Assembly: GCA_964291495.2 (NCBI GenBank)
Contig: OZ219872.1
Span: 32,001-96,000 of the forward strand
Length of the DNA: 64,000 bases
Reading direction: 5' to 3'
DNA from: Dehalococcoidia bacterium
GTDB taxonomy: Bacteria; Chloroflexota; Dehalococcoidia; UBA2979
This document shows positions 46,392 to 55,701 of the stretch, one piece after another. Position 1 is the first letter of the stretch, and each line of letters begins with the position of its first letter. Made by a program: the position numbers and the translations under genes. Under the pieces are notes generated by a model. The model saw only the letters and a program-made list of their open reading frames with translations. It searched no databases and had not been told where the DNA came from.

Positions 46392-47351
46392 CTACGTCAG
46401 CGCGTCGAGGAACGGCGTGACCGCGCCGAGGAAGCCGGGCGTGTTCTGGGAGTGGACGTTATGTCCACAGTCCGGCACCGTCCGCAGCTGCCCCTGCGGC
46501 ATCGCCGCGGCGAACTCGTCCGCTCCCTGCTCGGTGAGCACGTTCGAGTCGCCGCCGCGGATCACGAGCGCCGGGAGGTCGAAGCCGCGCACCACGTCGA
46601 TCCCGATGCTCAACGGCACGCCGTCGCCCTCGCGCACGCGGCGGAAGCTCGGGTCGTGCAGGATGCGGTCCGACTTGGCGATGTACCTGCCGTCGGCGCG
46701 CTGGATCAGGTTGTAGCGCACCGTGCGCGTGATGTGCTCGCGCGTGCGGTACGGGTCGTACTCCACGACCCGCTCGATGAACGCCTCGAGGTCGTCGAAC
46801 TCGATGTTGCGCTGGATGAAGTTGCGGATCGCCTGCGTGCCCGGGCCGCTGATCACCGGACCGACGTCGACGAAGACGGCGGCGCGGGCGATGCCCGGGC
46901 GGCGCTTGAGCACCTCCATCGTGACGCGCCCGCCCATCGAGTGGCCCATCATGATCGGCCGCTCGAGGCCCTGCTGCGCGATGAAGGCGATCGCGTCCTC
47001 GGCCATCTCGCCGATGCCGTAGGCGGCGTCGCGCGCCCACTCGCTGTCGCCGTGTCCGCGCTGGTCGAGCGCGAGCACGCGGTAGCGATCCGCCAGATGG
47101 AGGCTGACGAGGTCCCAGGAGTGCGCCGACTGGTTGCCGCCGTGCAGCAGCAGCAGCGGCGGCGCGGCTGGATCGCCCCACTCCAGGAAGTGGAAGCGCT
47201 GCCGCTGCACCACGGTGTTGCGCGAGACGTAGCGCACGTCCGGCTCGTGCGGGATGCCGAGGTCGCTCGCACTCTGCAGCAGGCTCCGGAACTCCTCGGC
47301 GTCCGTCATGTCGAGGGCGTCGAGGTCCGGCGCGAACTCGTTCAGGTACAT
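46392..47351 (-). CDS. Alpha/beta-fold hydrolase
   Basis: LLLLHGG, DQRGHGDS, GHSMGG nucleophile elbow, CGHNVH. Confidence 0.92.
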   Translation of the reverse strand: MYLNEFAPDLDALDMTDAEEFRSLLQSASDLGIPHEPDVRYVSRNTVVQRQRFHFLEWGDPAAPPLLLLHGGNQSAHSWDLVSLHLADRYRVLALDQRGHGDSEWARDAAYGIGEMAEDAIAFIAQQGLERPIMMGHSMGGRVTMEVLKRRPGIARAAVFVDVGPVISGPGTQAIRNFIQRNIEFDDLEAFIERVVEYDPYRTREHITRTVRYNLIQRADGRYIAKSDRILHDPSFRRVREGDGVPLSIGIDVVRGFDLPALVIRGGDSNVLTEQGADEFAAAMPQGQLRTVPDCGHNVHSQNTPGFLGAVTPFLDALT

Positions 47352-47450
47352 CGCAACTCCCGCCGGTCAGCTTCCGCTGGCGTTCGCTCGTCGGCGGCCG
47401 CGACCGGCGGCCGGGCGGCCACTCCTCCGGACGGCCACTCCTCGCGGCGG

Positions 47451-49754
47451 CTAGTCCTCCGGATTGAGCTCCGCGAGGATCGCGTCCGGCGTGGCCGGCA
47501 GCTTGCGCACGCGCACGCCGATCGCGTCCTCGATCGCGTTCGCGACCGCCGCCAGCGGCGGCACGATCGGCACCTCGCCGACGCCGCGCACGCCGTAGGG
47601 GTGACCCGGGTTGGGCACCTCGACGAGGATCGTCTCGATCATCGGCAGGTCGAGCGCGGTCGGCATGCGGTAGTCGAGCAGGCTCGCGTTGCGCATCCGC
47701 CCGGTCTCGTCGAAGTCGTAGCCCTCGCTGAGCGCCATGCCGACGCCCTGCTGCACGCCGCCCTGGATCTGCCCCTCGACGTACGAGGGGTGGACGGCCG
47801 TGCCGACGTCCTGCACGGCGGTGTAGCGCAACACGTCGACCTTGCCGGTCTCGGGGTCGACCTCAACGTCGACGATGTGGCCGGCGAAGGCCGGACCGAT
47901 CGTGGTGGGCTTGACGTTGGCGCGGCCCTGGATCATCCCGCCGCTCCCGCCGAGCTTCCCGGCGATCTCCTTGAACGCCAGCGAGCGCTCGTTGCCGTCG
48001 TCGTCAGCGGGTCCGCGGATCACGCCGTCGTCGCCGTAGCTCACCGCTTCACGGTCGCACTCCCAGATCTGCGCGGCGCGCTCCTCGAGCTGGCGGCGAA
48101 TGTCCATCGCCGCCTCGTAGGCGGCCCAGCCGGTGGCGAAGGTGGTGCGGCTGCCGCCGGTGTTGCCGGTGAAGCCGATCGAGTCCGTGTCCGACGCCAC
48201 CGAGGGGTGCACGTCCTCCGCCGTGAGGCCGAGCGTCTCGGCGAGCGTCATCGCCAGCGCGGCGCGCTGCCCGCCGATGTCGACCGAGCCGGTGACGAGG
48301 CTGACCGTGCCGTCGGCGTTGACGTTGGCGTAGGCGCTGGACTCGTTCCCGCCGTTGAACCAGAAGCCCATCGAGATGCCGCGGCCGCGGTTCTCGCCCT
48401 GCAGCTCGGAGCGGTAGTGCTCGCTGTTCTTGATCTCCTCCATCACCTCCCTCGCGCCGATCGAGCCGAAGGTCGCGCCGTCCGTGCGGCGGGTGCCCTC
48501 GACGGCTGCGTTCTTGAGCCGCAGGTCCATCGGGTCCATCTCCAGCCGCTCGGCCAGATCGTCCAGCAGCGACTCGACCGCGAACTCCGAGGAGGGCGCG
48601 CCGGGCGCGCGGTAGGCGGCGACCTGCGGCTTGTTGAGGACCACGTCCCAGGCCTCGACGAACTGGTTCGGGATGTCGTACGGCCCGAAGGCGCAGCGCG
48701 CCCCGGCGACGTAGGGGGAGCCCGGGTAGGCGCCGGCCTCGTAGGCGAAGTGGCCCTCGACGGCGGTGATCGTGCCGTCGTTCTTCGCGCCGATCTTCAC
48801 GCGGTGGTGCGTCCCCGAGGTCGGGCCGCTCGCCTCGAGGACCTCGGTGCGCGTCATCTGCATCTTCACCGGGTGGCCGGTCTTGCGCGAGAGCAGCGCC
48901 GCCAGCGGCTCGTAGTAGAGCTTCAGCTTGCCGCCGAACCCGCCGCCGATCTCCGTCGGGATCACCTTCACCTGCGAGACCGGCAGGTCGAGGATCATCG
49001 AAAGGTTGTCGCGGATGCCGAACGCGCCCTGCGTCGAGGTCCAGACGATCAGCTCGCCGTCCTGCTGCCACATCGCCGTCGAGGCGTGCGGCTCGATGTA
49101 GCCCTGGTGGGCCATCGTCGTGCCGTACTCGCCCTCGAGGACGATGTCGGCCTCGGCGAAGCCCGCCTCGGTGTCGCCGAGCTCCATCACGAGGTGCTTG
49201 GCGATGTTGGTCTGCTGCTCGGCGGGCTTGTCGCCCGTGGCGCCGTAGGCGGCCTGCGCCAGCACCTCGGTGCGCAGGTCCTCCAGCAGCACCGGAGCCG
49301 CCTCGGACATTGCCTCCTGGACGTCGAGCACCGGCGGCAACTCCTCGTACTCGACCTCGATCAGGTCGATGGCGTCCTCGGCGATGTGCGGGTCGGTCGC
49401 GCAGACGGCGGCGATCGGGTGGCCGCGGAAGAGCAGCTTCTCGTTGGCGAGCAGGAAGCCGCGCAGCCAGCGCAGCGGCGTCAGCCCGCGGATCGTCGGG
49501 ACGATGCGGTCGCCGGGGTCCGGCATGTCGGCGGCCGTGATCACGGCGAGCACGCCCTCGAGGGCCTCCGCCTTCGAGGTGTCGATGCTGATCAGGCGCG
49601 CGTGGGCGACGGGGCTGCGCTTGACGCGGCCGTAGAGCATGCGCGGCAGCCGCACGTCGGCGCCGTACTGCGCGCGTCCCGTCACCTTGTCGGCTCCGTC
49701 GTGGCGGACGGGGCGGGTTCCGATCACCTCGTACGGCTTGTCTGTGGCGACCAT
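47451..49754 (-). CDS. Xanthine dehydrogenase family molybdopterin-binding (large) subunit
   Basis: AAGGAG SD, ATG 49754; KVTGRAQY, RSPVAHA, IGGGFGGK, AYRAPG, EGQIQGG, GVRGVGE. Confidence 0.93.
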   Translation of the reverse strand: MVATDKPYEVIGTRPVRHDGADKVTGRAQYGADVRLPRMLYGRVKRSPVAHARLISIDTSKAEALEGVLAVITAADMPDPGDRIVPTIRGLTPLRWLRGFLLANEKLLFRGHPIAAVCATDPHIAEDAIDLIEVEYEELPPVLDVQEAMSEAAPVLLEDLRTEVLAQAAYGATGDKPAEQQTNIAKHLVMELGDTEAGFAEADIVLEGEYGTTMAHQGYIEPHASTAMWQQDGELIVWTSTQGAFGIRDNLSMILDLPVSQVKVIPTEIGGGFGGKLKLYYEPLAALLSRKTGHPVKMQMTRTEVLEASGPTSGTHHRVKIGAKNDGTITAVEGHFAYEAGAYPGSPYVAGARCAFGPYDIPNQFVEAWDVVLNKPQVAAYRAPGAPSSEFAVESLLDDLAERLEMDPMDLRLKNAAVEGTRRTDGATFGSIGAREVMEEIKNSEHYRSELQGENRGRGISMGFWFNGGNESSAYANVNADGTVSLVTGSVDIGGQRAALAMTLAETLGLTAEDVHPSVASDTDSIGFTGNTGGSRTTFATGWAAYEAAMDIRRQLEERAAQIWECDREAVSYGDDGVIRGPADDDGNERSLAFKEIAGKLGGSGGMIQGRANVKPTTIGPAFAGHIVDVEVDPETGKVDVLRYTAVQDVGTAVHPSYVEGQIQGGVQQGVGMALSEGYDFDETGRMRNASLLDYRMPTALDLPMIETILVEVPNPGHPYGVRGVGEVPIVPPLAAVANAIEDAIGVRVRKLPATPDAILAELNPED

Positions 49755-49958
49755 GCTCGGCACTCCTTCGTCGGGCGCTCGGCGTTCGCGCCTCTGCGGC
49801 GCGATCCGCCGTGCATTGTAGCGAATCGTCCGGTCCTGCCGAGGCCCGGGACGATGCCCGCCCCACCGAGCGCGACAGGCTATCTCCGTCTGTGCTAAGT
49901 CTTGCCCCGGAGACGACGACAGGACGCGCCGCGAATCGCGGCGCGAAAGGAGCGCCTC

Positions 49959-51155
49959 ATGCCGTCACCACTCGAGGGGATTCGCATCCTCGACTTCACC
50001 CGCTACCAGAACGGCCCGCACGGCACGCAGCTGCTCGCCGACATGGGCGCCGAGGTGATCAAGATCGAGCTGCCCGGCGACGGCGACCCGGGACGCGCGA
50101 TCATGCGCCAACCCGACGGCTTCTGCGCCTACTTCGAGGCGCTCAACCGCGGCAAGCGCAGCATCACGCTCGAACTGCGCACCGCTGAGGGCAAAGAGGT
50201 GATCCGCAAGCTCGTGCAGACGGTGGACGTGGTGGCGGAGAACTTCCGCCCCGGCGTCATGGACAACCTCGGCATCGGCTACGAGGCGCTCCGCGAGTTC
50301 AATCCGAAGCTGATCTACGCCGTGAACAGCGGCTTCGGTCCGGAGGGCCCGTGGAGCAACCGCGGATCCTTCGACCACGTCGCGCAGGGCATGAGCGGCG
50401 CGCTCGTCGCACAGGGCGGAGGCCCGGGCTCGACGCCCACCTCGGTCGCCTGGGGGCTCGCCGACCAGGTGGGCGGGATGACGCTCGCCTACGGGGTGAT
50501 GACGGCGCTGGTCGCCCGCGAGCGCTTCGGCGTGGGCCAGAAGGTCGACGTCTCCCAGCTCGGCGCGATGATCTCGTTGCAGGGCTTCTCGCTGCTCGGC
50601 TACCTGCACACCGGCACGCAGGAGCGGCGCAACCCGGGCGCCTCGCGCAACGCCGCCTTCAGCTGGTACCAGGGATCCGACGGCGAGTGGTTCACGATCG
50701 CCGGCCTCGACCCGAAGTTCTGGCCGCGGATCTGCCGCGTGCTGGAGCGCGAGGATCTGCTCGACGACCCGCGCTCGGTCGACCCCTTCGCGCGCTTCGA
50801 GAACGGCCCGTGGCTGATCGAGGAGTTCCGCGCGGTCTTCGCCACCAGGCCACGCGAGGAGTGGCTGAACGCCCTCGTCGCGGAGGAGATCCCGTGCGGG
50901 CCGGTCTACGACTACGCGGGGGTGGCCGCCGAGCCGCAGCACTGGCAGAACGGCTACCTCGTCGACCTCGAGCATCCGACCTTCCCCGATCACCGCACGA
51001 TCGGCATGTCGGTGCAGCTCAGCGAGACGCCGGGCGCCGTGCGCGCCCCCGCGCCGGAGCTGGGACAGCACACCGAGGAGGTGCTGCTCGAGCTCGGCTA
51101 CGACTGGCCGGACATCGAGCAACTGCACGACAAGGGCGTCACCGCCGCGCGCTGA
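49959..51155 (+). CDS. Family III CoA-transferase (CaiB/BaiF)
   Basis: AAAGGAG SD; PLEGIRILDF, NRGKRSITL, ENFRPG, GLADQ, APELGQHT. Confidence 0.93.
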   Translation: MPSPLEGIRILDFTRYQNGPHGTQLLADMGAEVIKIELPGDGDPGRAIMRQPDGFCAYFEALNRGKRSITLELRTAEGKEVIRKLVQTVDVVAENFRPGVMDNLGIGYEALREFNPKLIYAVNSGFGPEGPWSNRGSFDHVAQGMSGALVAQGGGPGSTPTSVAWGLADQVGGMTLAYGVMTALVARERFGVGQKVDVSQLGAMISLQGFSLLGYLHTGTQERRNPGASRNAAFSWYQGSDGEWFTIAGLDPKFWPRICRVLEREDLLDDPRSVDPFARFENGPWLIEEFRAVFATRPREEWLNALVAEEIPCGPVYDYAGVAAEPQHWQNGYLVDLEHPTFPDHRTIGMSVQLSETPGAVRAPAPELGQHTEEVLLELGYDWPDIEQLHDKGVTAAR

Positions 51156-51196
51156 GCACTCGCGGAGCGGACCGCGGCGAGAAGGAGGAGCGAACG

Positions 51197-52075
51197 ATGG
51201 AGAAGCTGATTATCGAGGCCTCGATCAACGAGTCCGCGCGCAAGGAGGACAACCCGCACGTTCCCTACGGACCGGAGGAAGGCGCGCGCGACGGGATCGC
51301 CGCAGCGAAGGCAGGCGCCGCGATCATCCACTACCACCCGCGCGACGAGGAGGGCCAGAACCTCTGGCACCTCGGCACGGAGATGTACCTCGAGTGCTAC
51401 CGGCTGATCCGCGAGGAGTGCCCGGACGTGCTCGTCTACCCGACGCAGCGCGGCGCGCACGAGGAGAACACGCCGCACCTCTTCGAGCTGGCGCGCAACG
51501 AGGAGGAGGGCCTGGAGCTGGCGACGGTCGACATCTTCCCCGAGGAGGGCATCACCGGGCACGACGGCAGCTTCGTCGCGAAGCTGCTCGAGGATCTGCG
51601 CGCGCTCAACGTCAGCTACAGCATCGGCGTGCGCCACACCGGCCACATGCGGCACATCGCGCGCTTCCACGCGCAGGGGCTGATCGGCGACGTGCTGATC
51701 ATGAAGATCTTCTGGAACGAGTTCTCGCTCGGCCCGCCGCCCGGCATGGACGGCCTCAAGATGTACCTCGATCTGCTGCCGCAGGGTCTCGACTGCCAGT
51801 GGTTCAACACCGTCTACGACGGCCTGCCCGGCGAGCCGACGCTGCGCCGCACCAGCATGCTCGCCGCCGCCACCGGCGGCCACATCCGCACCGGCATCGG
51901 CGAGAACCCGATGCTCGACGGCAAGCGCGGCCAGGACGCCTACACGAACATCGAGCACGTCGAGATGGCGGTGGAGCTGGCGCACCACGCCGGCCGCGAG
52001 GTGGCGACGCCCGACGAGGCGCGCGCGATCCTCGGCATGCCGCCGCGCGAGATCGGGATGCGCCCGAAGGCGTAG
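51197..52075 (+). CDS. Beta-keto acid cleavage enzyme family (BKACE/DUF849, Kce-like)
   Basis: KLIIEA, NPHVP, AGAAIIHYHPR, GGHIRTGIGEN, GREVATPDEARAILG. Confidence 0.88.
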   Translation: MEKLIIEASINESARKEDNPHVPYGPEEGARDGIAAAKAGAAIIHYHPRDEEGQNLWHLGTEMYLECYRLIREECPDVLVYPTQRGAHEENTPHLFELARNEEEGLELATVDIFPEEGITGHDGSFVAKLLEDLRALNVSYSIGVRHTGHMRHIARFHAQGLIGDVLIMKIFWNEFSLGPPPGMDGLKMYLDLLPQGLDCQWFNTVYDGLPGEPTLRRTSMLAAATGGHIRTGIGENPMLDGKRGQDAYTNIEHVEMAVELAHHAGREVATPDEARAILGMPPREIGMRPKA

Positions 52076-52086
52076 GCGGGGCGGCG

Positions 52087-53805
52087 CTACTCGTCCAGCA
52101 GCCAGAGCCGCAGCGCCGAGGGGTGCGCGGCGTCGTGCAGCGCCTGCTGCACGGCGGGCCGCGTCTCGACCGCGCGCCACGAGGGCTCGCCGGTGTTCGG
52201 GTTGGCGTCGAAGCGCGGGAAGTTCGAACTCGAGATTTGCAGCCGCAGGCGCTGGCCTGGCGCGAAGCGGTAGGCCGTGCTGCCCAGCTCGATCTCGTAG
52301 CGGTAGGCCTCGCCCGGCGTCACCGGCGAGGGGTCCGTGAGGGACTCGCGGAAGCTCGCGCGCCGGATGCCGTCGCAGAGCGAGATCGCCGTCCCGTCCG
52401 GATCGACGGCGACGAGCTTGGCGGTCCAGTCCGTGTCCGGCGCGTCCGTGACCGCCCACAGCTGGACCGTGACCGGCCCGGCGACCGTGAGCGGCTGCTC
52501 GAACGGCGCGGTCGTGTAGCAGAGCACGTCGTCACGCGCCTCGATCTGCGACTGCTCGCGTGGGCCGGGCTGCCCAACGGACTGCTGGAGCAGCGAGCCG
52601 CCCTCGGTCGGCACGGGGCGCTCCGGGTCGTAGAGGTAGCGGTCGGCGGGCTCCTCACCCTCGGCTGCGGCGTCCTCGAGGCGGCCGTCGCCGCGCGCGC
52701 TGTGCGCCCCGCCGCCGGAGCGCAGGTAGAACGCCTGCTCGCGCGCCTCCGCGGGCGGCCAGGCCGAGGCGTCGCGCCACTCGTTCGAGCCCATCAGGAA
52801 GTAGCGCACGGTCGGCTGCGGCTCCTCGGGCTGCTGCCCGCGCAGGTACTCGTCGAAGAAGGCCAGGTAGGCCACGTCGATGCCGCACAGCCCGACCGGC
52901 GCCGTCCCGCCGAAGTCGACGTCGCCGTGATAGCGCTCGTACGAGGTGTGCGACCACGGCCCCATCCAGAGCCGCTGCCCGGCGACGCCCGCGGCGTGCA
53001 TGCCCTGGAAGTTGCGCACCGTGCCCAGCGTGAAGAGGTCGAACCAGCCCCCGACGTGCATCACGGGCACCCGGAAGTCCGCGTAGTCCCTCGAGAGGCG
53101 CAGCGCCTCCCAGTGCTCGTCGCGGCGGTCGTGCTCCAGCCACTCCGCCCAGTAGGGCGCGACGCCGGGGATCGACATCCCCGGCAGCTCGCTCAGCGGG
53201 CGGTGCCGCAGCGTCTCCAGCGGCGAGGCCATCGCGAGGGCGAGCGCCTCCGCGTCGGCCTCGGAGGCGGCGCTGTCCTCGCGCAGCAGCTGGGCGGCGG
53301 CGAGGCCCATGCCCCAGGTGCCGCTGAAGCCGAGTTGCAGCGCCCCTCCGTAGTGCGTCCAGTCGTCGAAGTAGTCGCTGGCGGTGATGATCGCGGCGGC
53401 GCAGCGCAGCGAGGGCGGCCCTTCGCGCGCCGCAAGCAGCGTCGTCGCGCCATAGTAGGAGAGCCCGAAGATGCCGACGTTGCCGTCGCAGAACGGCTGC
53501 GCGGCCAGCCACTCGACCGTGTCGTAACCGTCGCGGCCCTCGTTGTGGAACGGCTCGAAGACGCCGTCCGAGGAGTAGCGGCCGCGCACGTCGACGACGA
53601 GCACGGCGTAGCCGGCCTCGGCGAACTTGAGCGGCGCCGGCAACACCCGCGTGGCGCCGATCGCCTCCTTGTCGTACGGGGTGCGGCAGACGATGCCGGG
53701 AACGGGGGCGCCCTCGGCGGGGCGGTAGAGGTCGCCGCGCGTCTCGACGCCGTCGCGCAGCGTCACCGTGACGTGCTTCTCGACGAGCACTCGATCGACC
53801 GCCAT
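52087..53805 (-). CDS. CocE/NonD family serine hydrolase
   Basis: RTPYDK, DVRGRYSSDG, GLSYYG, GGWFD, GPWSH, YLYDP..PVPT.GG, SSSNFPRFD.NPNTG. Confidence 0.93.
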   Translation of the reverse strand: MAVDRVLVEKHVTVTLRDGVETRGDLYRPAEGAPVPGIVCRTPYDKEAIGATRVLPAPLKFAEAGYAVLVVDVRGRYSSDGVFEPFHNEGRDGYDTVEWLAAQPFCDGNVGIFGLSYYGATTLLAAREGPPSLRCAAAIITASDYFDDWTHYGGALQLGFSGTWGMGLAAAQLLREDSAASEADAEALALAMASPLETLRHRPLSELPGMSIPGVAPYWAEWLEHDRRDEHWEALRLSRDYADFRVPVMHVGGWFDLFTLGTVRNFQGMHAAGVAGQRLWMGPWSHTSYERYHGDVDFGGTAPVGLCGIDVAYLAFFDEYLRGQQPEEPQPTVRYFLMGSNEWRDASAWPPAEAREQAFYLRSGGGAHSARGDGRLEDAAAEGEEPADRYLYDPERPVPTEGGSLLQQSVGQPGPREQSQIEARDDVLCYTTAPFEQPLTVAGPVTVQLWAVTDAPDTDWTAKLVAVDPDGTAISLCDGIRRASFRESLTDPSPVTPGEAYRYEIELGSTAYRFAPGQRLRLQISSSNFPRFDANPNTGEPSWRAVETRPAVQQALHDAAHPSALRLWLLDE

Positions 53806-53892
53806 CGCCGTTCCTCCCGCAAGATTGGCGCCGAGAGCATATCCTGAGGCCGGCGCCGCTCAGGTGCACGCGGCGGGGAAGCGGGGGACACG

Positions 53893-54840
53893 ATGGCGCA
53901 GGTTGAGACCGTTCTTGGACCGATCGACGACAGCGAGCTGGGATTCACCCTCAGCCATGAGCACGTCTTCACCTGCCAGAGCGCGGACAACCACTGGTAC
54001 CCGTGGCTCTACGACCTCGACGCCAGCCGCCGCGTGATCCTCGAGCGGCTCGCGGCGGCGCGCGCCGCGGGCGTGCAGACGCTGATCGACCTGACCACGC
54101 CCGACCTCGGGCGCGACGTGGCGCTGATGCGGGAGATGTCGGAGCAGTCCGGCATGCAGGTGGTCTGCGCGACGGGCATGTGGCGCGTCGCCCCGATGTC
54201 CTTCACCAACCGCGAGCCGGACGAGATCGCCGACATCTTCGTGCGCGAGATCGAGGTCGGCATCGGCGACAGCGGCATCAAGGCCGGCGCGATCAAGGTC
54301 GCCAACGATATGGAGGGCGTCACCGAGGCGTACGACTCGACGATCCGCGGCGCGGCGCGCGCCTGCAAGCGCACCGGCACCCCGATCTCGACGCACCACT
54401 GGGCGCTGCTCGAGGTGGGCCGCCGCCAGGTCGAGATCTTCCAGGAGGAGGGCGTGCCGATGGACCGCGTGGCGATCGGCCACTCCGCCGACACGACGGA
54501 CGTCGACTACCTCGAGGATCTGCTGAAAGCCGGCGTCTACCTCTCGATGGACCGCTACCCGGGCCGCCCGGGGCGGGCGAACTGGGAGGAGCGCAACGCG
54601 AGCGTGAAGGAGCTGATCCGGCGCGGCTGGGCGGACAAGATCATGCTCGGCCACGACGGCACCACGCCGCTGCTGCGCGTCGGCCAGACCGAGATCGAGC
54701 ACGACCCGACGGGCCCGAACGGCTGGACCTTCCTCTCCACGACCGCGCTGCCCGCGCTGCTGCAGGACGGCCTCCCGCAGGAGACGATCGACCTGATGAT
54801 GATCGAGGTGCCTCGGCGCTTCCTCAGCGGCGAGGCGTAG
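53893..54840 (+). CDS. Phosphotriesterase-family amidohydrolase (PTE-like lactonase)
   Basis: VETVLGPI, TLSHEH, GAIKVA, STH, IGHS, LGHD. Confidence 0.92.
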   Translation: MAQVETVLGPIDDSELGFTLSHEHVFTCQSADNHWYPWLYDLDASRRVILERLAAARAAGVQTLIDLTTPDLGRDVALMREMSEQSGMQVVCATGMWRVAPMSFTNREPDEIADIFVREIEVGIGDSGIKAGAIKVANDMEGVTEAYDSTIRGAARACKRTGTPISTHHWALLEVGRRQVEIFQEEGVPMDRVAIGHSADTTDVDYLEDLLKAGVYLSMDRYPGRPGRANWEERNASVKELIRRGWADKIMLGHDGTTPLLRVGQTEIEHDPTGPNGWTFLSTTALPALLQDGLPQETIDLMMIEVPRRFLSGEA

Positions 54841-54865
54841 GACGCCGGGGAGGGAGCGGTCTCCG

Positions 54866-55663
54866 ATGGCTTACGAGGCGGAGTTCGTCAGGTACGAGCT
54901 GGACGGCCACGTCGCCACGATCACGATGAACCGCCCGGAGCGGCTCAACGCCTTCGGCGAGCAGACCGCCGACGAGCTCGGCGGCGCCTGGTTGGAGGCG
55001 ATGGGCGACGACGCCGTGCGCTGCGTCATCCTCACCGGCGAGGGCCGCGTCTTCTGCGCCGGCCGCGACATCCGCGAGCAGCGGGAGCTCGAGGGGCGGC
55101 AGCGGCGCTCCGACGGCCGCGTCGCCGCGTCGCGCGCCGATGTCCTCGGCTTCTTCCACGTGCCCGAGACGGACAAGCCGATCATCGCCGCCGTGCGTGG
55201 CGGCGCCTGGGGCGCGGGCTGGTTCATGTGCTGCGGCAGCGACATCGTGGTCGCCGCCTCCGACGCCCGCTTCGCGATGTCCCACCTGCCGACGGGCATC
55301 ATCGGGCCCGCGTTCGTGCCGGTCCTCAACAACCTCCCCTGGCTGCCCGGATCGGAGATCGTGCTGCGCGGCCACCAGATCCCGGCCCAGCGAGCGTACG
55401 CGCTCGGCCTCGTCAACCACGTCGTCCCCGCGGACGACGTCCTGAGCACCGCGCGCGACCTCGCCGAGGAGATCGCGGGGCTGCCGCCGGTCCACGTGCA
55501 GGTCACCAAGCAGCAACTGATGATGGCGCGCCGGAGGCCGTCCACGTACCAGCAGGGGATTGCGTTCCCGCAGGCCTTCCAGGGCCTGATGACGCTCGAG
55601 GACACGCGAGAGGCCGCGGCCGCCTTCGCCGAGCGGCGCACGCCGGTCTTCCGGGGCCGCTAG
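54866..55663 (+). CDS. Crotonase family, paralog B
   Basis: MNRPERLNAF, FCAGRD, DKPIIAAV, AFAERRTPVFRGR. Confidence 0.92.
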   Translation: MAYEAEFVRYELDGHVATITMNRPERLNAFGEQTADELGGAWLEAMGDDAVRCVILTGEGRVFCAGRDIREQRELEGRQRRSDGRVAASRADVLGFFHVPETDKPIIAAVRGGAWGAGWFMCCGSDIVVAASDARFAMSHLPTGIIGPAFVPVLNNLPWLPGSEIVLRGHQIPAQRAYALGLVNHVVPADDVLSTARDLAEEIAGLPPVHVQVTKQQLMMARRRPSTYQQGIAFPQAFQGLMTLEDTREAAAAFAERRTPVFRGR

Positions 55664-55701
55664 CGCTTCGCCGCCCCCTCGACGCGCCGATCCCGCCTCC
55701 G

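Noticed and set aside
47451-49754. Aerobic CO dehydrogenase coxL
   Set aside because: AYRAPG loop rather than AYxCSFR; no coxS/coxM nearby
46452-49898. Very long antisense ORFs (1148 aa here; also 57108-60266, 60602-62950 and others)
   Set aside because: Stop-poor antisense frames are expected at this GC; they have no motifs and the real genes lie on the opposite strand
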